Assembly (NCBI GenBank): GCA_965242665.1
Contig: OZ251484.1
Span: 1,843,531 to 1,907,530 of the forward strand
DNA length: 64,000 bases
Reading direction: 5' to 3'
Source: Dehalococcoidia bacterium
GTDB taxonomy: Bacteria > Chloroflexota > Dehalococcoidia > Lucifugimonadales > VXLM01
Of this stretch, positions 7,772-18,624 are shown piece after piece. The translations under genes were made by a program, and so were the position numbers. Numbering within the stretch: the stretch's first letter is position 1; the number at the start of each line of letters is the position of its first letter. Below the pieces are notes generated by a model. That model was given only the letters and a program-made list of their open reading frames with translations, searched no databases and was not told the DNA's origin.

Positions 7772-8572
7772 CTAGCGCGGCCGCGCTGCCAACTCGATGG
7801 CGTCAGACGGAATCCACCCCTGAAGGTCGCCGCCGGGCAGCGCGATCCAACGCCATCCCTGACGAAATTCCACGATGCGTACTTGTGCGCCGCTGTGAAG
7901 TGTGAACTCCGTGGGATACTGCGCGCCCGGCCCGCTTAGGACATCGATCTCCTGTGCGGTTATGATGCCTGCATCGTCGTTGGGGTTCGCGTACAACATG
8001 CTCGACAGCAGCAGTAAAGAGAAGAACGCCGCTGTCATCCCCGCGACCGAACTCCCCTGCACGAGCGCCCTGAGTCGCATTGTCGGACGCAGCGCCGCCG
8101 CTCCCATCCCCAGAGCGCTGCACACCCACAGCGCGAGTGCTCCTATGCCAATCTCCTCCGCCGTGGCCAGTCTTCGCCCAAAAGCCGATATGCTTGCGAT
8201 GAGGGAGTCTTCTCCCTCGATCTGATCGATGGTCCGGCTGCGCGCCAGCTCGAGGTTTGCGCGGATGTCCGGGTCGCGGGGAGACAGATCCTGGGCGCGC
8301 AAATAGTTGAGGATGGCGCGGCCGAGATCCTCCATCTTGAAGTAGGCGTTCCCCGCGTTGTAATACAGCGCGGCATCCTCGTACCCCCGCTCGATGAGAT
8401 CCTCATACGCTTGTACGGCCCCTGCGAAATCCCCCCGTTCGTACCTATCGTTCGCATCGGACATCGTGTCCGCAGCCGAGCGTTCTTGCGCCAGCGCAGC
8501 GCCGCCGGCCGCCGCAAGGACCGCCGTGCCCCCCGCCAATAGACCGATCAATAGCCGCCAGAGACCCCTCAT
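7772..8572 (-). CDS. batE: BatE-like TPR + SH3 protein
   Basis: TPR (YYNAGNAYFKMEDLGRAILNY), TM helices, C-terminal SH3-like (FTLHSGAQV...GWI); operon context. Confidence 0.8.
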   Translation of the reverse strand: MRGLWRLLIGLLAGGTAVLAAAGGAALAQERSAADTMSDANDRYERGDFAGAVQAYEDLIERGYEDAALYYNAGNAYFKMEDLGRAILNYLRAQDLSPRDPDIRANLELARSRTIDQIEGEDSLIASISAFGRRLATAEEIGIGALALWVCSALGMGAAALRPTMRLRALVQGSSVAGMTAAFFSLLLLSSMLYANPNDDAGIITAQEIDVLSGPGAQYPTEFTLHSGAQVRIVEFRQGWRWIALPGGDLQGWIPSDAIELAARPR

Positions 8573-10425
8573 TCCGAAATCGCTCCGTCCAACTCATCCA
8601 AGAGACGTCCAACCATCTCATAATATCCAGTGAACTCTGCGGAGTCGCTCGACGCGCGTCCGTACTTTGCCACCTCTCCAGTGGATAGCACGTCCTCGAC
8701 GCGGCCCGCCAAGTCGGGACTCACTCCCGCTTCGAGCAGCTTCTGGGCAAGCGCCTCGTGCGTAAGCCCGCCCATCGGCGCGCCGAGCCGCGTGGAGAGG
8801 TACGTCAACAAGATATCCGCCATTACAGCCGCCGGATCCTCCGTCGCCGGAGCCGCCAGCGCAATTGCCGCGTGCGCCTCCGGCAGCGCATTCCGCCGCC
8901 GCGCCGCGGCCTCGTCGTACCTTGCCTTCCGACGACTCCACGCCGCGGCCAACGCCAGCGCCATCAAAGGCGCGCCCCACGCCGCCCAATATGCCGCGCT
9001 CCCAACGAACCCGCCGTCAGACTGCCGCGGCAGCGACGACGGCGCAGCCTTGATGTGCCGCACATCCGACCCCGCACGCTCCACGCCCCCAGCGCCGTCC
9101 GACGCAGGCACGGTCACTCCGTCCGGGTCTGCTATGGTCATCGGAATCGGATCCGTAGCCGCCGCTGTATATTCCCCCGTCTCCGTATTGAAGAACGGGT
9201 ACGTGATGCGTGGAATCTCCAACTCCCCTGCCCGCTGCGGCACTAAGATGACCTCGTAGTCCCGCGCGCCCACGAGACGCCCGTCTATCACGCGGCTCCG
9301 ATCCGTCGCCGGCGACTCGAACACCCGCCAATCCACGAACTCCGGCCACGCCGGATCCGGCAGAAACTCAATGTTCCCTTCCCCAGAGATCGACACCGTG
9401 AGCTGCACCGGCTCGTTGACTTTCCCCTCCGTGCTGTCCACCTCCGACGTCATGTCGAACCTGCCGACCGCCCCGGTGAAGCCCGCAGGTGCGTCCGCCG
9501 GCAGCGGACGCACCTGCATGAGTATCGGTTCGGTCTCCAGATAATTGGGCGGTGCGTAGAAGTCGATCGGCACCGACAACTCAGCCGGTTCGATCGTGAT
9601 CGTCCCGACCACGCTGGGAAAGAGCACCGTTTGTAGTTCGACCACCGTATACCGGTCGAAGCCGAACGCCTCGGTGTATTCCGTCTCATCGATCTCCTGG
9701 TTGTTCCAAAAGCCTGAAAAGTCCGGCGGCTGATACTGCGGCCTCCCGTACTGCCCAAACGATGAAAGCACAGACCGCCGATAGAACTGAAATGTATACG
9801 TGACCTGCTCCCCCAAGTACGGACGGTCGTCGTCCACCGACGCCCTAACGAATATCGCAGGATATCGCTGGTCCTCTTGCGCTCCGCTCTGAGGCGCGGA
9901 ATCTCCCGTACTAGGCGCCGCGCCCTCCGTCCCTAGGCCGCGGTACACCCGAACCTGGATATCCTCCGTGCGGTATGTCCGCCCGCCAATCGCAGCCTCA
10001 ATGGATGGAATCGTTATCGTTCCCTCGCGCGTCGCAACGAATGGGTAGCGGAAAGATACCAGTGTCGTAAGCGACCCATTCGTGAGGGTGGACTGTCGAA
10101 ACATCGACGGCTGCCCGGCGAGTCGCAGTCCGTCGATGTCTGGTAGTTCCGGCAACCTCGGGTTCAGCGGCCCTCCAGTCACCGTAACCGTCAGGTTCAA
10201 CCTCTCCCCAACCGCCACCTCCGACCGGTCTACCTCTGCGACGACCTCCGGCTCCTGTGCAGGCGGCTGCTGCGCGTGCGCGCCAGACCCACCCGCAACC
10301 GCAACCACGGCGACGGCAGCGCAAATCGCCCACGCGACGCGGACGGATCCCGCCGCCAGAACGCAGCGTGCGCGCCGCATCGTTTGGTTCAATACCATGA
10401 GACCACAACTACCAGTCGAATTCAC
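8569..10425 (-). CDS. batD: BatD family protein (start uncertain)
   Basis: Signal peptide, repeated Ig-like BatD segments (GAVGRFDM, GEGNI), one TM; operon context. Confidence 0.85.
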   Translation of the reverse strand: MNSTGSCGLMVLNQTMRRARCVLAAGSVRVAWAICAAVAVVAVAGGSGAHAQQPPAQEPEVVAEVDRSEVAVGERLNLTVTVTGGPLNPRLPELPDIDGLRLAGQPSMFRQSTLTNGSLTTLVSFRYPFVATREGTITIPSIEAAIGGRTYRTEDIQVRVYRGLGTEGAAPSTGDSAPQSGAQEDQRYPAIFVRASVDDDRPYLGEQVTYTFQFYRRSVLSSFGQYGRPQYQPPDFSGFWNNQEIDETEYTEAFGFDRYTVVELQTVLFPSVVGTITIEPAELSVPIDFYAPPNYLETEPILMQVRPLPADAPAGFTGAVGRFDMTSEVDSTEGKVNEPVQLTVSISGEGNIEFLPDPAWPEFVDWRVFESPATDRSRVIDGRLVGARDYEVILVPQRAGELEIPRITYPFFNTETGEYTAAATDPIPMTIADPDGVTVPASDGAGGVERAGSDVRHIKAAPSSLPRQSDGGFVGSAAYWAAWGAPLMALALAAAWSRRKARYDEAAARRRNALPEAHAAIALAAPATEDPAAVMADILLTYLSTRLGAPMGGLTHEALAQKLLEAGVSPDLAGRVEDVLSTGEVAKYGRASSDSAEFTGYYEMVGRLLDELDGAISE

Positions 10426-11218
10426 TTGGTGGATCGCGCGGGACGATCACCTGCTGTAGCCGCTCCTGAAGCGTCTGCGCATCATCGCTCATCGCCTCCA
10501 GCAGCTGCCGCGCCTGATCCTCCGTTATCGGCTCCGTCTGTGGACGCGACTCCATCTCCTGCTGATTCGGCTCCCCGTCCTGCTCCTGCGCGTCCTGTTG
10601 TTGCCCATCCTGCTCCTGCTGATCCCCTTCTTCCTGCGGTTCTTGTTCTTGGTCGTCCTGTTGTTGCCCCTGCTCGTTCGGTTGAGGCTCCTGCTCCTGC
10701 CCTTGCGGCCCTGGCTCCGGACTTTCATCCGGCTCCTGCCCCTGTTGAGGTTCCGGCGTCGGAAGCAGCCTCATCGCCAATTCCAAGTTATGCCGAGTCT
10801 CCTCGTTGTCCGGCTCCAACCGCAGAGCCTCCTTGAACGCAACGACCGCATCGGGGTACTCCTGCATTTGGAAGAATGCGTTGCCTCGGTTGAACTGCGC
10901 GTCAGCGCGCAGGGGATTCTCCTCCGCACGCTTGATAGCCTCGTCGTACTCTTGGATCGCTCCGCCGTAGTCCCCCGATCGATACAGCGCGTTCCCTGCA
11001 TTGTAGTACGGTTCGCCGGCGTCCGGTGCCAGTTCTTGCGCCGTTCGATACGCTTCTGCCGCCGCGCCGTAGTCCCCTGCATCGAGCAGCTCGTGTCCGG
11101 AGTCGTTCGCCCGTTCGGGGGCACCGCTGCACCCCAGCGCGGTCACCGCAAAGACGCCGGCCAGCAAGAATATCCGGAAGCCCCCGCCGATCGTGCAGAC
11201 TACGGCGTGCTCAAGCAT
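10409..11218 (-). CDS. batC: BatC-like TPR lipoprotein with Gln/Glu-rich linker
   Basis: TPRs YYNAGNALY and FNRGNAFF, HNLELA, Q/E-rich stretch, terminal DW. Confidence 0.8.
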   Translation of the reverse strand: MLEHAVVCTIGGGFRIFLLAGVFAVTALGCSGAPERANDSGHELLDAGDYGAAAEAYRTAQELAPDAGEPYYNAGNALYRSGDYGGAIQEYDEAIKRAEENPLRADAQFNRGNAFFQMQEYPDAVVAFKEALRLEPDNEETRHNLELAMRLLPTPEPQQGQEPDESPEPGPQGQEQEPQPNEQGQQQDDQEQEPQEEGDQQEQDGQQQDAQEQDGEPNQQEMESRPQTEPITEDQARQLLEAMSDDAQTLQERLQQVIVPRDPPSEFDW

Positions 11219-12257
11219 TGCCAGGCACCTCCCCGGATACGGACCGACGCCTTCCGACCCGAATCGAAAACCGATCCGTCATCACCTCCGCGGCCGCAAG
11301 CGCAAGAACTCCCGCAAGTAAGAATATCTGAAACCGCTCGATCTTCGTGCGGCTGAACTCGCTCTCCAACGTCTCATCTTCGAACGACTGGATCTCAACT
11401 GCAAGGTCGGAAATCGCGTCTGGATCCGCCGCACGGAAGTACCGCCCGCCTCCTGCTTCCGCCACGAGCACAAGCGTCTCTTCGTCCAACCGCGATATGA
11501 TTACGTCTCCTTGTGCGTCCTCTCTGAAGCCCGCGAGCGCGCCGCTCTCGTCGTATTCGGGCACCGGCTCCCCCTGTACGGAACCGAACCCAATCGTGTA
11601 CACCACCGCCCCCTCAGATGCTGCCCGACGCGCCTCCTCGACCGGATCCCCCTCGTGATTCTCCCCGTCAGTCATTACCACGATCACCTTCTGCCCCGTG
11701 CGCTGGTCGCTGAACCCTGTCATCGCCGTCTCGATCGCCTCTGCGATCACTGTGCCCTGCCGCGTGATGGCGTCAGGGTGTGCGTGGCTCAGGTACGTCC
11801 TCGCCGTCGCGTAATCGAATGTTATCGGAAATTGGATGAAGCTTGCCCCAGAAAACAAGACGATGCCGATCTCGTCGCCAGTGAGCCTTGACATCAAGTC
11901 CGATATCTCCAGCTTGGCGCGGTCGAGTCGACTCGGCTTCACGTCTTGCGCTAGCATACTCCGCGATATGTCCAATGCTACCATCACTTGCACCCCTCGA
12001 TGCTCCACGACCTCCACGTCGCTTCCCCACTGCGGACGCGCCAAGGCCGCGATCACCAGCCCCGCGCCGACGAACCACAATACCGCTCGCCGCAGCCGCG
12101 CGCCCCGGTTGATCGACGCGCTCAAACGCTCGATCAACGCAGGATCCCCGATGCGCAGGACCGACGCCCGACGCCGCGCAGACATCCACCACACGAAGCC
12201 GACCAGCACCGGCAGCGCAGCCAACGCCCATAAATACTGCGGAGCCCCAAACGTCAT
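11211..12257 (-). CDS. batB: VWA domain protein BatB
   Basis: ALARPQWG, MIDAS DISRSM, TDGENHEG. Confidence 0.88.
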   Translation of the reverse strand: MTFGAPQYLWALAALPVLVGFVWWMSARRRASVLRIGDPALIERLSASINRGARLRRAVLWFVGAGLVIAALARPQWGSDVEVVEHRGVQVMVALDISRSMLAQDVKPSRLDRAKLEISDLMSRLTGDEIGIVLFSGASFIQFPITFDYATARTYLSHAHPDAITRQGTVIAEAIETAMTGFSDQRTGQKVIVVMTDGENHEGDPVEEARRAASEGAVVYTIGFGSVQGEPVPEYDESGALAGFREDAQGDVIISRLDEETLVLVAEAGGGRYFRAADPDAISDLAVEIQSFEDETLESEFSRTKIERFQIFLLAGVLALAAAEVMTDRFSIRVGRRRSVSGEVPGNA

Positions 12258-12267
12258 TCCAACCCCC

Positions 12268-13272
12268 TCACGGTATCTTCCTGAATACGGTATGCGATAG
12301 AACCAGCTCGACTAGCAGCAGCGCAAGCGCCGGAATCAAGAACCATCCCGCCAACTCGCGGTACCGCGTAAAATGCAGCACCTCCACCTCCGACTTCTCC
12401 AACGCGTCGATCTCGGTGTAGATGCCGCGCAGTCCAGCCTCGTCTGTGGCGCGGTAGAACTTTGCGCTCGTGATCTCCGCGATCTCTCGCAGCGTCTCCT
12501 CGTCCAACGGGCTCTCACGCACCGTGACTCCAGAACCAAACGGACCGAGCTGCTGTCGAAACGCGCCGGCCCTCCGGCCCACCCCAATCGTATACACCTT
12601 GATCCCCAATGCCTCCGCGGCTCGCGCGACTGTGATCGGGTCGATCTCGCCCGCGTTGTTCACTCCGTCCGTTATCAGAGTCACCAACTTGTTCTCGGCC
12701 GTCGAGTCCTTCAGCATATTCGCCGCCGTCGCGAGCCCGCTGCCGATCGCCGTCCCGTCCTGAATCCGCAGCTCCTCCGCAAGCCGAACGTCTTCCAGCA
12801 AACGCTGCAAGACCCCATGATCCAACGTTGGAGGACTCTGCGTGAACGCCTCCCGCGAAAAGACTACCAAGCCGATCCGGTCGTACTTTCGCTCCGAGAT
12901 GAAGTCCGAAATGATCCGCTTCGCCGCATCCAACCGGTGTGGACGAAAGTCCGTCGCCCCCATGCTCCCAGAGATGTCCAATGCGACCGCAATGTCCACC
13001 CCCTCCCCTCGGATCACCTCCCTCGCCTCCCCCGACTGCGGCCTCGCAACAGCGATGATGACCAGCGCCAGCGCCAGGAACCGCAGACTGGGAACGAACG
13101 GCATCGCCCGCAGCCGCAAGGACTTTCCCATTCCAGAAACTAGCCTAGTGTCCGCGTATCTCATACCCGCCGGACCCATCCCCCGCTTCCACCAGTACGG
13201 AAGCAGCGCCAAGACAGGCGCAGCCGGCAGCAGCGCGAGCAGCCACGGAGAGCCAAAGCTCAAATCGCTCAC
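12268..13272 (-). CDS. batA: VWA domain protein BatA
   Basis: AVARPQ, MIDAS DISGSM, DGTAIG, TDGVNNAG, KVYTIGVG. Confidence 0.9.
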   Translation of the reverse strand: MSDLSFGSPWLLALLPAAPVLALLPYWWKRGMGPAGMRYADTRLVSGMGKSLRLRAMPFVPSLRFLALALVIIAVARPQSGEAREVIRGEGVDIAVALDISGSMGATDFRPHRLDAAKRIISDFISERKYDRIGLVVFSREAFTQSPPTLDHGVLQRLLEDVRLAEELRIQDGTAIGSGLATAANMLKDSTAENKLVTLITDGVNNAGEIDPITVARAAEALGIKVYTIGVGRRAGAFRQQLGPFGSGVTVRESPLDEETLREIAEITSAKFYRATDEAGLRGIYTEIDALEKSEVEVLHFTRYRELAGWFLIPALALLLVELVLSHTVFRKIP

Positions 13273-14384
13273 ACGGTCACCTCCCGTCTGGCATCCGCCC
13301 CGTACTCCAACCGTCCATTGGCGGGGGCCGGCCGAGTCACTTCCACGATGTGCCGGGCCTGGCCCGATGCCTCATACGCGCTCGAAACGGACGGTGTGTA
13401 CTTGGCGAACTTCACCAAGTCGCACTCGTTCAACAGATCGAGGATCAATCGAACCCGCTCGACATCCAGCGCCGACCTCCGCAGCGCGCTTGCGATCTCG
13501 TCCGTCGTCATGTCGATGGCATCGACCGGGCTTACATCGGTTAAATACATCGCATGAATGTACATCCGCACGGCGTCCGCGACGAGCGTGTAATGCTGCT
13601 TGAAATGACCGTCCTCGGGCAGATCGAGCCGCTCGATGCGGTCGAGCTCGTCGATCGCCGCCTCCCACGGTGTGCGTGTGTCGACGACCGGAAGCGGCAG
13701 ATCCCCGGGCATCCGCCTTCGACGATAGAGGTAGTACGCGCCTGCCGCGGCCGCGGCCAGCACAGCAGCTGCCAATACCGCTGCGGCGGCCCGCACGGCG
13801 GGCTGCTCCAACAATGGCGTCGAAAGATCGGCCTGGGGTTGGATGTCCTCCGGTGGATCGTCTGGACCGGACAACACCGAGTGCACGACCACCTCCAGCG
13901 GAAAAGGATATACTTCCTCCTCGCTCCCATCCGGATGGCGGACGGTTATTGGGATGTCCGGCGTCTGCAGCTTCCCCGTGCCTAGCGCCGCCGCTTCGAT
14001 ATCCTGCCTCGTGGTCACCGTCCCGTCATCGTTTGCCGTCCTCCGCCCCGGCGTCTGATTGCGTACCTCGAACGGCCCCCATTGACGATACCGAGGCAGC
14101 CACCCCACGACCACCGTTTGATCCGGCGAATGCGTTATCTCCAAGACGAGCGGAACTACATCGCCAAACTGCAACTCCGCCCCCTCTTCCACGTCCGCCT
14201 TGAACGTGATGCGTACAGGCGGCTCGGATTCCTGCGCCCAGGCGACCACCGATCCCGCCGCGCTTACGATTGCCGCCCCTCCCGCAGCCAACAGCAGCCA
14301 TCGCGCGCACGCATCGAAGCCCAGCCTGCCCGGCCAGCCGATCCCGCCGCGGGCGGCCCGACGCCTGTGCATCCCTCCATTCAT
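13269..14384 (-). CDS. Bat operon membrane protein (DUF4381-like)
   Basis: ATG 14384 overlaps the DUF58 stop. Signal/TM segments, C-terminal CDLVKFAKY pattern. Confidence 0.7.
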   Translation of the reverse strand: MNGGMHRRRAARGGIGWPGRLGFDACARWLLLAAGGAAIVSAAGSVVAWAQESEPPVRITFKADVEEGAELQFGDVVPLVLEITHSPDQTVVVGWLPRYRQWGPFEVRNQTPGRRTANDDGTVTTRQDIEAAALGTGKLQTPDIPITVRHPDGSEEEVYPFPLEVVVHSVLSGPDDPPEDIQPQADLSTPLLEQPAVRAAAAVLAAAVLAAAAAGAYYLYRRRRMPGDLPLPVVDTRTPWEAAIDELDRIERLDLPEDGHFKQHYTLVADAVRMYIHAMYLTDVSPVDAIDMTTDEIASALRRSALDVERVRLILDLLNECDLVKFAKYTPSVSSAYEASGQARHIVEVTRPAPANGRLEYGADARREVTV

Positions 14385-15268
14385 CGCGATGGCCTTCGCA
14401 GCCGATTCCTGAAGAACGCCCCGACCTCCGCGACGTAATCCTCGTCCGTCCGAACCTTGACCCGGTCCACGCCGGCCGAGGAGAAGACATCCTTCTTGTC
14501 TCGGTCGAACTGCGCGGCTCTCTCGGAAAACTCCCGCCTCCACGAGCGGCTTCCAGTATCGACCCAGCGCAACTCCCCACTCTCCGCATCCTCCAGAGCG
14601 ACAATCCCCACGTTCGCCATCTCGTGCTCCAAGGGATCGCTCATGTCGAACGCTACAACGTCATGGCGGCGGCTCGTTACCGAAAGCGCCTGCCGGTACG
14701 TCCCGGGATCGACCAAGAAATCGGAAACGACGAACACGATGCTGCGCCGCTTCAAGAGCAAGTTGACGGTGTTCAAAGCCAGCTCGATGTCGGTCATCGT
14801 GCCTTCTGGCTGGAACACCAGCAGATCGCGCACCATGCGGAGGACGTGGCTCCGCCCCTTGCGCGGCGGGACGAGCAGCTCTACTCTGTCGCTGAAGATC
14901 AGCAGCCCCACCTTGTCGTTGTTCGTAGTAGCAGCAAAGGACATGACTGCAGCCAGCTCCGCCGCCAACTCGCGCTTGAACCGATTCCGAGTGCCGAATT
15001 CTCCAGACCCGCTGGCATCAACCACCAGCATGACCGTCAACTCGCGCTCTTCGGCGTAGTTCTTCACATGCGGTTCGCCGGTGCGGGCCGTTACGTTCCA
15101 ATCGATCGTTCGCACATCGTCCCCGGGATAGTACTGGCGCACCTCGTGAAACTCCATGCCTCGGCCCTTGAACACCGAGTTATACTCGCCGGCCAAGCTA
15201 TCGGTGACGAGCTTGCGAGTCGTAATCTCAATCCGCCGAATCTTGCGGATCAACTCGTTCGTCAGCAT
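14381..15268 (-). CDS. DUF58 domain protein
   Basis: GRGMEFHEVRQYYPGDDVRTIDWNVTAR, EEREL, DASGS. Confidence 0.92.
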   Translation of the reverse strand: MLTNELIRKIRRIEITTRKLVTDSLAGEYNSVFKGRGMEFHEVRQYYPGDDVRTIDWNVTARTGEPHVKNYAEERELTVMLVVDASGSGEFGTRNRFKRELAAELAAVMSFAATTNNDKVGLLIFSDRVELLVPPRKGRSHVLRMVRDLLVFQPEGTMTDIELALNTVNLLLKRRSIVFVVSDFLVDPGTYRQALSVTSRRHDVVAFDMSDPLEHEMANVGIVALEDAESGELRWVDTGSRSWRREFSERAAQFDRDKKDVFSSAGVDRVKVRTDEDYVAEVGAFFRNRLRRPSR

Positions 15269-15269
15269 C

Positions 15270-16265
15270 TTACGGAACTTCGACGTTGTCCAGGATGCGC
15301 TGGACGATCTGGGTGGACGTGACCTCTTGAGCCTCCGCCTCGAACGTCGTGATGACACGGTGCCTGAGAATATCCGGCGCGAGCTGCTTGACGTCTTCCG
15401 GCGTGACGTATCCCCGCCCTTTTAGAAACGCATGGGCCCGCGCCGCAGTAATCAAGAAGATGCCCGCCCGCGGCGACGCTCCATACGAGATCAGCGTGCG
15501 CAGATTGTCGAGTCCGGCCTCCCCGGGATCCCGCGTCGCCACCACCAAGCTCAGGACATAGTCCTTTATCTTGTCGTCGACGTACACCTGACGCACCACC
15601 TCCCGCGCGTCCAAAATGTACTGTGGCTCGATGACTGGGTGCACCTCCGCAGTCGGCCCCCCGGTCATCCGGTCGATGATCTCCCGCTCCTCCGAACGAT
15701 CCGGATACTCCACGACCACCTTGAGCATGAACCGGTCGACCTGTGCCTCCGGGAGCGGATACGTTCCCTCCTGCTCTATCGGATTCTGCGTCGCCAAGAC
15801 CAAGAACGGAGACTCGATCCGATGCGTCGCGTCACCGATCGTGACCTGCCCCTCCTGCATCGCCTCCAACAAAGCGCTCTGCACCTTGGCAGGGGCTCGA
15901 TTCACTTCGTCCGCAAGAATGAGATTCGCGAAGACCGGCCCCTTCCGCACGCTGAACTCACTCGTTCGCGGATTGTATATCTGCGTGCCGATGAGGTCCC
16001 CGGGCAGAAGATCCGGCGTAAACTGAATGCGGGAGAATTCCCCATTCATGGCCTGTCCGATCGTCTTGACGAGGAGGGTCTTCGCCAACCCAGGAACGCC
16101 TTCCAAGAGGATGTGCCCATCAGCCAAGAGACCCACCAAGACCCGCTCGACGAGCTTGTCTTGCCCGATGATCGTCTTCCGAATCTCTGCCGTCAAGCTG
16201 TGGACGAACGGCGCCTCCTTCTCTACCATCTCGTTGATCTGCCGAACGTCTGCAAGGTCCATCAT
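15270..16265 (-). CDS. moxR: MoxR family AAA ATPase
   Basis: LLEGVPGLAKT, RIQFTPDLLPGD, DEVNRAPAKVQSALLEAM, NPIEQEGTYPLPEAQVDRF. Confidence 0.96.
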   Translation of the reverse strand: MMDLADVRQINEMVEKEAPFVHSLTAEIRKTIIGQDKLVERVLVGLLADGHILLEGVPGLAKTLLVKTIGQAMNGEFSRIQFTPDLLPGDLIGTQIYNPRTSEFSVRKGPVFANLILADEVNRAPAKVQSALLEAMQEGQVTIGDATHRIESPFLVLATQNPIEQEGTYPLPEAQVDRFMLKVVVEYPDRSEEREIIDRMTGGPTAEVHPVIEPQYILDAREVVRQVYVDDKIKDYVLSLVVATRDPGEAGLDNLRTLISYGASPRAGIFLITAARAHAFLKGRGYVTPEDVKQLAPDILRHRVITTFEAEAQEVTSTQIVQRILDNVEVP

Positions 16266-16477
16266 GATGATTCGGATGCTCCTACAGTTCCACAATTTGG
16301 GTCATTCCTCGCTCTCGCGTGCAATAACCCAGCCCTTCCTATAGAGTAAACGTCAAAACGACCAGTTCGGTTAGGTTTCGCCCAGGCCCCGCTGTCGAGC
16401 GCCCCTCGAACCAGCGTCCCAATTCTCTATTCTACCGTCGACTCCCACTGATTTGAACCTGCCGCCATCGACTCTCA

Positions 16478-17746
16478 ATGACCGAGCGAATCAAAACTGC
16501 CGCGTCCATCATCGGAATAACCATCGTCCTCCTCGTCGCAGTCGATCTGCTCGGACGCGCGGCCGCAGCCGTCGACCGCCGGTTCTTCAACCCTCCCTCC
16601 CTCGACAGCGCGGACGCTGTCCTCGACGCGCGGCAGTTCGCCGCGGCCTACGACAGTGCAGACTACGACCCGGCCATGCTCTTCCGCGAATTCTCCGCCA
16701 CCGAGCGCATCGTCTACGAACCCTACACGATATGGGACAGGCGCTTCTACCGCGGCGAACTCATAAACATCGATATCCAGGGCTTCCGAATCACCGTGAA
16801 CAACTCCAACGCTCCAGACGCTCTGTCTGTTTGGGTATTCGGGGGCTCGTCCGTCTGGGGAGAAGCAGCGCCCGACCGCGAGACCATACCCAGCTTCCTC
16901 TCGGAGTACCTGAACGACTGGGGCGTCGACTCCACGGTCAAGAACCTTGGCGAACGCGGCTTCGTCTCCACTCAAGAAGTCGTCTTCCTCTATCGGGAAT
17001 TGCAGGCGGGAGGACGCCCGGACGTCGCGCTCTTCTACGACGGAATCAACGACGCGGCCGCCGCCTCGAACTGGCCGGAGATCCCAGGATCGCACCTGAG
17101 CCTCCACCGCATTCGAGACCGCTTCGAATTCGGAGAGATTCCGTCCGAACGGCGGCGAGACCTCATACGTTCACTTGGCGTCTACCAGGCCGCGCGCATC
17201 GTTCTCAATAGACTGGAAGCAAGGAACCGCGCCGCCGCCGAACGTCAACCTGACGTCATCCAACTCCAACCCCGCTTCCTGGACGCCAACTTCGACTATC
17301 TGGCGAATCATGCCGTAGACGTCTGGCTGGCGAACCGGGAGACCGTCTCCGCCCTCGCCGACGAATTCGGGTTCATACCCATCTTCGTCCTGCAGCCCAG
17401 CCTGTGGACGGAGGGCAAGCCGCTCCACGCCTCGGAAGGGCGCATCCTATCCGACCACCTCGAGTCGCGCGCGATGACCCACATCATGGCGGTGCGTGTA
17501 GAGATGTCCTCCGTCCTCCAATCCCGTCGAAACGCCGGCTCCTTGCCTCCCAACATTTACGACTTCTCCGACATATTCGCCTCCATCGAGGCCCCCCTCT
17601 ACATCGACTACGTCCATACCGCCGGGCCGGGAAACCGAATCGCCGCCCAGGCGCTGTTCGAGATACTCACCACAAGGCTTTGTCGAGCCGCCCCCTCGAG
17701 CGCCGCGCCCAGAATCGCCGCCGCGATCTCCGACGCATGCTCCTAA
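16478..17746 (+). CDS. Membrane-anchored SGNH/GDSL-like hydrolase
   Basis: FGGSS (block I), YDGIND (block III), DYVH (block V), N-terminal TM. Confidence 0.75.
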   Translation: MTERIKTAASIIGITIVLLVAVDLLGRAAAAVDRRFFNPPSLDSADAVLDARQFAAAYDSADYDPAMLFREFSATERIVYEPYTIWDRRFYRGELINIDIQGFRITVNNSNAPDALSVWVFGGSSVWGEAAPDRETIPSFLSEYLNDWGVDSTVKNLGERGFVSTQEVVFLYRELQAGGRPDVALFYDGINDAAAASNWPEIPGSHLSLHRIRDRFEFGEIPSERRRDLIRSLGVYQAARIVLNRLEARNRAAAERQPDVIQLQPRFLDANFDYLANHAVDVWLANRETVSALADEFGFIPIFVLQPSLWTEGKPLHASEGRILSDHLESRAMTHIMAVRVEMSSVLQSRRNAGSLPPNIYDFSDIFASIEAPLYIDYVHTAGPGNRIAAQALFEILTTRLCRAAPSSAAPRIAAAISDACS

Positions 17747-17810
17747 TCATGCTTCGAACCCAACCAAATACGGTATAATGTACCTCAGAGCCCCATTCCC
17801 CTCCCACAAT

Positions 17811-18569
17811 ATGTCCTCTACTCAATCCGTCGAATTCGTCATCCCCGTCTTGAACGAAGAGCGCGCCCTGCCCGCCTCCGTTGGCAATCTGCACGGGTTT
17901 CTCCAAGAGAATATGCGTGACTACGATTGGCGGATCGTCGTGGCGGACAACGGTTCCACCGACCGAACCCCCTTGGTGTCTCAAGAGCTCGCACAGAAGT
18001 ATGGAACCGTGCGCTATCTCCGTCTGGAAGAACGCGGGCGGGGCAGAGCCTTACGGACCGCATGGCTTGCCAGCGACGCAGAGTATCTCTGCTTCATGGA
18101 CGTCGACCTCTCGACCCACCTCGATGCCATACCCCCCCTCATCGGTTCGCTCGCGACAGGAGAATACGACCTCGCCATAGGTTCTCGCCTCAAGAACGGC
18201 GCGACCGTCATCGGACGGTCGCTCAAACGCGAATTCATCTCGCGGACATACAACGTCATCGTGCGATCCATGTTCTTCGTGCGCTTCCGAGACGCCCAAT
18301 GCGGCTTCAAGGCGATCACCCGGGCGGCCGCGCGCGAATTGACCCCCCTGGTCCTCGACCACTCATGGTTCTTCGACACGGAGTTGTTGATCCTTGCGGA
18401 GAAGAACGGCTACCGCATCAACGAAATACCCGTCCAATGGACGGACGACCCGGACAGCCGCGTCAAGATCGTCAAAACCGCCTACGACGACCTCAGGGGA
18501 CTCATGCGGCTCCGATTTGGAGGGTTGCGGAGCGCGTCGAAACGCATCCAAAACCGTGAACCCGCATAG
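17811..18569 (+). CDS. GT2 glycosyltransferase (polyprenol-phosphate glycosyltransferase-like)
   Basis: VIPVLNEE, ADNGSTD, GRGRAL, FMDVDLS, DAQCGFKA. Confidence 0.9.
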   Translation: MSSTQSVEFVIPVLNEERALPASVGNLHGFLQENMRDYDWRIVVADNGSTDRTPLVSQELAQKYGTVRYLRLEERGRGRALRTAWLASDAEYLCFMDVDLSTHLDAIPPLIGSLATGEYDLAIGSRLKNGATVIGRSLKREFISRTYNVIVRSMFFVRFRDAQCGFKAITRAAARELTPLVLDHSWFFDTELLILAEKNGYRINEIPVQWTDDPDSRVKIVKTAYDDLRGLMRLRFGGLRSASKRIQNREPA

Positions 18570-18624
18570 ACGAGCGGTGCACTCCCGTCCGATTCGAGCG
18601 TGCATCCGCTCCGCTCCGCGCTTC

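Noticed and set aside
7772-16265. MoxR-DUF58-Bat operon as a novelty
   Set aside because: It is a complete, canonically ordered and widely distributed operon.
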